In this document: piece by piece, positions 35,376 to 36,256 of the stretch | Position numbering within the stretch: position 1 is the first letter of the stretch | How the letters are laid out: each line of letters opens with the position of its first letter | Assembly (NCBI GenBank): GCA_030613575.1 | Contig: JAUWLP010000003.1 | Coordinates: forward strand, 1 to 36,256 | Source: Desulfobacteraceae bacterium | GTDB lineage: Bacteria > Desulfobacterota > Desulfobacteria > Desulfobacterales > UBA11574 | DNA length: 36,256 nt | Direction of reading: 5' to 3' | Position numbers and translations under genes: made by a program | Notes under the pieces: generated by a model | Told to the model about the DNA's origin: nothing | Databases searched by the model: none | What the model saw: the letters and a program-made list of their open reading frames with translations, nothing else

Positions 35376-35882
35376 TCAGATGACGTTTCCGATCAGAAAT
35401 TCCTTTATGCTTTCCTTAATCTTACCCTCAGGCAACTCCTCTAAATAATTAAAACAATTTATACACAAACAGACAAGATCTTCGTTCTCAAGGATTTCTC
35501 CAGAAGGCACCTTTTCACCGCATAAGTCACAGGAACAGCTTAATCCATGAACATTCCCACCATAAACTGTATGACTTTTAGCCAGATATTGGATGCCAAT
35601 TCCATAACAGGAAGTTTCACTTTTATCTATTTTTTTGCACCATTTTACTTTCGCCCGATAGGCCTTGTAAGCTTCAGGGCCAGGCGTATCAGGCGTGTAA
35701 TGTATCATTTTAATGCAAATATCTGACTTTTGCTTGATGGCATGGTCTGACTCGAAATACATACCGCCCAGGCCGCTATTATACATTTTGGCATTATAAT
35801 AGTTTTCCGTATCATAATCTGCATACATGATAGGGGCTTCATAAGAATTGCGAGAATACGCTCTTTTTATTAATGCAGACAT
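35376..35882 (-). CDS. PilZ-domain protein with C-terminal C4 zinc ribbon
   Basis: RAYSR, NSGLGGMYFES and GIGIQY, then CDLC...CINC. Confidence 0.75.
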   Translation of the reverse strand: MSALIKRAYSRNSYEAPIMYADYDTENYYNAKMYNSGLGGMYFESDHAIKQKSDICIKMIHYTPDTPGPEAYKAYRAKVKWCKKIDKSETSCYGIGIQYLAKSHTVYGGNVHGLSCSCDLCGEKVPSGEILENEDLVCLCINCFNYLEELPEGKIKESIKEFLIGNVI

Positions 35883-36102
35883 TTTTTCACTCCTACTCTT
35901 TTGAAATTATATCGTATTTAAAAAACACCCTTTTCCTCCATAAAATTGTTGTATTTTGTAACCAAGAATATGCACAGACATGCCATCAACATGTTGCGAC
36001 TTTAGGATGATCGGTTAGGATCATGATTTTATTTTGCCCTGAAAAACTTGGCCCTTTGGGCCAGGTCAGAGATAGATGGCTCTGCCTTGGAGTTTTGTGT
36101 CT

Positions 36103-36252
36103 AAAATCACAAATTCCAAGCACCAAATTACAAATAAATCTCAAATTCCAATATTCAATGACCAAAACCTTCCAGGGCGAGACATTGTTTGGATTTTCGA
36201 ATTTCGGTCATTGGAAATTGTTTGTAATTTGTAATTTGATATTTGGGATTTC
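36103..36252. repeat. Inverted heptamer-repeat element (AAATYNC arm / GNRATTT arm)
   Basis: AAATCACAAATTCCAAGCACCAAATTACAAAT...CAATGACCAAA mirrored by TTCGGTCATTG...TTTGTAATTTGATATTTGGGATTT. Confidence 0.7.
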
Positions 36253-36256
36253 AATA

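Noticed and set aside
35971-35985. sigma54-like TGGCATGTCTGTGCA upstream of the PilZ-Zn gene
   Set aside because: GG-to-GC spacing is one base short of the strict -24/-12 requirement.
1-36256. tRNA, rRNA, integrase, transposase or prophage genes
   Set aside because: None recognised by eye; tRNAscan-SE, Infernal and ISEScan would be needed to exclude them formally.

Overview
A 36-kb bacterial chromosomal window. Gene content and repeat families suggest a Desulfobacterales-like anaerobe (inference). From left to right it holds: (1) a sigma54-driven universal-stress-protein operon start, divergent from a Lon protease that has an intact receiver domain inserted into it, plus a radical-SAM gene; (2) citrate synthase overlapped by a three-gene cassette encoding a DUF1704/MATCAP-like HExxxH peptidase and two divergent ATP-grasp ligases; (3) MBL-fold and DHH hydrolases; (4) an Fo-only, Na+-type ATP synthase module with a normal c subunit, a 324-aa four-hairpin c subunit in which only hairpins 1 and 4 keep the ion-binding Glu, its own b/b' subunits and a MITE; (5) clpB; (6) a TPP-riboswitch-controlled thiCFGHSE operon; (7) an 11.5-kb all-minus-strand mosaic island (PAS kinase/NarL regulator, cfa, ABM, two PilZ, two CBM48, glycogen-synthase-like GT5, STAS, KhpA, pseudo-receiver, gene relics). 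Four transcription units in that island are preceded by copies of one promoter cassette apparently copied from the 3' end of the NarL gene. The best candidates for undescribed systems are the peptidase plus two ATP-grasp cassette, the four-hairpin hybrid c-ring Fo module, and the regulon built by promoter duplication. All family calls come from recognising motifs by eye; no searches were run.
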